DNA of 64,000 nucleotides from Macrostomum lignano (lineage: Eukaryota): positions 124,001-188,000 of the forward strand of contig NIVC01000984.1 in the NCBI GenBank assembly GCA_002269645.1. The letters run 5' to 3'. How positions within the stretch are numbered: position 1 is the first letter of the stretch; the number at the start of each line of letters is the position of its first letter. Below, one piece after another: positions 60,222-64,000 of the stretch. The notes beneath the pieces are model-generated. The model did not search any database. It was given only the letters and a program-made list of their open reading frames with translations, and was not told the origin of the DNA. Made by a program: the position numbers and the translations under genes.

Positions 60222-60440
60222 AGGAGGGGTTCTAGCCTAGAGCTTCGGACTCACAACTGAAAGGTCGGGGGTTCGATTCTCGACTAAATCGGGACAATGT
60301 GTCCTTGAGCCTCTGCATTGGTTCAGTTCACCCAGCTGTTATGGATGCCAGCATTAGCTGGGGTAATTGTGGGTGTGTGGCGACCCCCCAGTCTTTCAGC
60401 TGGCGGTTGCCGCCCCATTAGGGCAGGTGTAATCAGTAAT
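60222..60440 (+). mobile_element. tRNA-derived SINE, copy 3 (internally deleted)
   Basis: B-box GGTTCGATTC, then gtgtccttgag..cacccagctgt..gccagcattagctggggtaatt..cccattagggcaggtgtaatc. Confidence 0.82.
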
Positions 60441-60578
60441 CTTTAATCCTGCGTCTTGTAGCTCAGTTTTGTCTTCTTAAACAGTCAGTGAGTTGTCAAT
60501 CAAGTTGATAGCTAAGCCGATCAATAACCATAATTTACTGGAGCAGCCACTGCCATAGAGGGTCGATCAATCATTGGC

Positions 60579-60787
60579 TAGCAATTTGACGATCATTATT
60601 CACATTTTTAATGCAGAACAATCCATTACTACAAGCAATGCATTGTCTGTAGGATCGTCAAACAGAAAAACAATGCAAAGAATCAGCGGTCGCAGCACGT
60701 GACAACGATTTGTCTATGGCTCGCGCCTACCGGCGCTCGCCAGACAATCGTTGTCACGCACTGGGACCGCTGATTATTTATCCATTG
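60579..60787. repeat. 209-bp dispersed repeat with 93-nt hairpin (copy 2)
   Basis: Near-identical to 5041-5249. The hairpin spans 60682-60774. Confidence 0.9.
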
Positions 60788-61639
60788 GCAATCAATAGGG
60801 GATAGCATAGATAATAAATTTTTTAGTATCTGTGGGGGATAGTTTCATAAAAAATAAATATTTATGGCCAAATTAATGGCTCAAGGCCAAATCAAGTCGT
60901 GAGCAAACGCACTCTTTGGCACAGTATATTCTGTGCTCTTTGGTGCTGAAAATATTAAAAGAACAATCATTGAGTTAAAAAGGCGCTCATATTTTTACAT
61001 TTTCGTTATTTGAGATCATGTGCTACAAGAAACAGCGTTTTAACAATTTTTTACTAAAATGTTTAGTAGACTACTGCTGCAAGACAATAAGTAGTGTAGT
61101 AAGTAAGTACTGTATGATATCGTTTTTTTCAAATTTTTAAAAATCCTGGTTTTTCAGTGTCAGTTTCGTTTCATGCTTTCAGTTAATAAAAAACATATCA
61201 ATCCTTTGTCTATGTACATACATATGACCATATTTTGGCATTCACTAGCTTGCTACCCCAACGGTGCCAAAGTTATGGGTGCCAATGATTCTCTATACTT
61301 TTTATGCACAACTATTTTTATAGCATTTAAATATGATTAAAATACCCGTGAGAATGCTGCTGCGTGTACTAAAAGTAGGACCCAGCAGATTCAAGCAATG
61401 ATTACTGTTGTTTTCATTTTTTAAATTCAGATTTTTACTTACGATTCTTTTGGAGTGAAAATATTTGCTTTAAACTGGCCACTAGGGCATTAGTGCCGAT
61501 GCGAGCGCCATACTGAAGCACGGGCCGCCAGCAAGGGGCGCTAGCTTGGGAAGAGTACATACGGGAAGAGTACGGCTATCAAAAGTCCCAAACATGGGTT
61601 CGATTTTTAAAAAACTTTCTGCACAAGAAGGACCCATTA

Positions 61640-62180
61640 TTTCGCTATCTAGGGGGCGCCAGAGATAAACACGGAGCGCTATTTAGGGGGCGCCAGAGAG
61701 GAGCACGGAGCGCTATTTAGGGGGCGCCACAGGAGCATGCACGGAGCGCTATCTCGGGGCGCCACAGGAGCATGCGCGAAGCGCTATCCAGAGGGCGCCA
61801 CGGGAGCTGAGGAGCATGCACGGAGCGCTATCTAAGGGGCGCCACAGGAGCTGAGGAGCATGCACGGAGCGCTATCTAAGGGGCGCCACAGGAGCTGAGG
61901 AGCATGCACGGAGCGCTATCTAAGGGGCGCCACAGGAGCTGAGGAGCATGCACGGAGCGCTATCTAAGGGGCGCCACAGGAGCTGAGAGCATGCACGGAG
62001 CGCTATCTAAGGGGCGCCACAGGAGCTGAGGAGCATGCACGGAGCGCTATCTAAGGGGCGCCACAGGAGCTGAGGAGCATGCACGGAGCGCTATCTAAGG
62101 GGCGCCACAGGAGCATGCACGAAGCGCTATCTAGGGGGCGCCAGAAAGGAGCACGGAGCGCTATCTAGAGGGGCGTCAGG
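61640..62180. repeat. GC-rich 44-bp tandem repeat
   Basis: tgcacg recurs at 61861 and 61905; shorter variant units occur at the edges. Confidence 0.95.
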
Positions 62181-64000
62181 GACCACAAAGCAGCTAGATA
62201 CAACCCCTAGATATAAGTCTACGGGTTAGAGACCATTAGAGGTTCAAGGCGCCAGACCAGTGCACACAGCTGCTGTTCTTCATCAATCTGCATCAAATAT
62301 AGCGCAGCTTCAGAGCTTATCAATCGACTCTTTCACGGTTCGCAGGCCCAAGTAAAACTTTCCCCAATTTTAACTGAGTGATTGATTTTTTTGTATTTTT
62401 CAAGGAAGAAAAGCTAAAAAAAGAGCTGTCATCATATCATCATCACCTATCGAAATTAGCATAATTCATTGAAAAACTCCGACATGAATAATTCATCAGC
62501 AACTCAATCGAAGTGCTCAGAAAGTCTAATTCAAACTTCCGGCTTGGAGTTGGAGTAGGTGATGATGGAGCTGTGAGCCTGGCGGCTGACGCAAATGTGC
62601 TAATACATGTAAAACTATACCCCCTGCCCAATACTTCCAAAGAATTTTCTTTTTATTCAAAGCCAAAAAGCAATGGGATGCCAGGGATAAATTGCCGGGG
62701 TGACGTCACGCATGGGGCAAGAATGAGCAGACAAAATTCGAGGTGCAAATGTCAGATCTCCGAGCTGGCAACCCCCCCCCCCGAAATCGCTCTCTGCTCC
62801 AACAACCGCACCCGACAGCTCAGGATTTGAGCATCGAACACGTCGATCTTGATTTCCAGCTGACTCCCCTCTATCATCATCCAGTCTCGCTGTGAAATGA
62901 AATTTGAGTCGCCGCACTTATCCGAGTTGAATGCCAGGGGGGATTGGGGCGGGGGGGTCGGGAGCGATCAGCTGACTCTGGCGCAACCTTTGGCTGTGGG
63001 ATATAGATAGGCGGCCCTGTGTGAGGCCTCCGGCGCCTCCCCACAGTCTCTCAAGTCCTGCAGCCCTGCCGGGTGACTCAGCGCCCCTGTTCTCAAATGA
63101 GGAGTGGAAGGTTGGGGATCTGGGATATTATATAGGAGCGGCCTATACGCCCCCTTCCATCATCACACATCCATTTAGCAATCCAGCCTCCCGCGCCCCC
63201 GCCTCATCGAAAGCGTTTTTGTCTCCGGGCGTCGAGCGCCCCCTGCCTCCGTCAAAGCCCCTTGCTTCCATTCCTTGCGCATTCAGCCTGAATGGAGAAT
63301 AATGGGGGATTTCTATTAAGCTCTCCCCATCTCTCTGCAGCCGGGGGTTGCGTGCTCAGCAGACCCATATTATGGATTTGGAAATCGAGGCAAAAACTGG
63401 GAAGGCAAAACTATTCAAGCCCGAAGCTGGTCCATTCTTTTTTCTAAATTCCTTGGCTTTTTTATTCAATCCTGCCCCGGTACACTTGGCCAGCTGGGAC
63501 CATTGTTGAGCGGCAGGCGAATGGTTTTCAATGGCTGCAAGGGCCTCTATATATGAAGTTGTCAGTCCTTATGGAACAATGAAGTCCTTAAACAGCACGC
63601 AGTCTTCATCTCACGGGGACTCTAGGATGAATCATTGTTAGATTTATCTTATATAGTTTTGCAGCAAAAGGAATCGTTATAATAGAGAAAAGTGGCCTTT
63701 GTCACATGTCACTGGTCGGTTTGGACCATAGACATTGATGGATTGGAGGTCCCGAGTGTGCCGACTGTGTATTTTAGCTGCATGGCGCAGGAAGTTTCTG
63801 TTAGGCAAGGCATTGGTCTGCCTTCATTTGGATGTTTTTCTCACGGAAACTTGTGCCAGAGAAGGGAACTGCCTGTTGGGGGGCTATACAGGTATCATGC
63901 TGCTTGGGACACTTCCTCCTCGGCCCCCCACTTGTTCAAACACAAGTGTGTCTCCCTACTTTGGAACACGATAGCGCTAGCTACAGCAGGCAGAGAAAAC

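Noticed and set aside
12060-62180. CRISPR arrays
   Set aside because: All arrays are head-to-tail tandem units without unique spacers. There are no cas genes and the context is eukaryotic.
62400-63974. Possible LINE ORF1/APE endonuclease fragments (e.g. LHLDVFLTET at ~63820)
   Set aside because: The resemblance is too short and degenerate to support a call without a profile search.

Overview
Eukaryotic (metazoan) nuclear DNA with GT-AG introns. GC-rich exons, minisatellite-filled introns and an FVRL-amide precursor suggest a free-living flatworm such as Macrostomum; this is inference and cannot be confirmed from the window. I reconstructed six protein-coding genes by hand: (1) a neuropeptide precursor releasing 9x ASFVRL-amide (-); (2) a 3-exon corazonin/GnRH-type GPCR (+); (3) a claudin/PMP22-like 4-TM gene (-, 5' part uncertain); (4) a 2-exon, 160-aa secreted polycationic (GRK)9 protein (-) that the ORF track splits and misses; (5) an 8-exon Mediator subunit MED13 (+, ~1730 aa); (6) a 3-exon minimal RING-CH/MARCH E3 ligase (+, 186 aa). 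About one third of the window (~21 kb, 22 arrays) is tandem minisatellite. This includes a ~3.5-kb foldback structure of two inverted 19-bp arrays upstream of the GPCR. Other elements: two Tc1/mariner-like relics, a Crypton-like tyrosine-recombinase relic with hairpins, TIR elements with target-site duplications, a possible P-type excision footprint, an RNase H-bearing LINE 3' end with TSD, RT fragments, and three copies of a tRNA-derived SINE. No CRISPR, rRNA or intact tRNA is supported. The best candidate for new biology is the secreted GRK-repeat protein. All splice models and repeat boundaries are manual; repeat edges are approximate.
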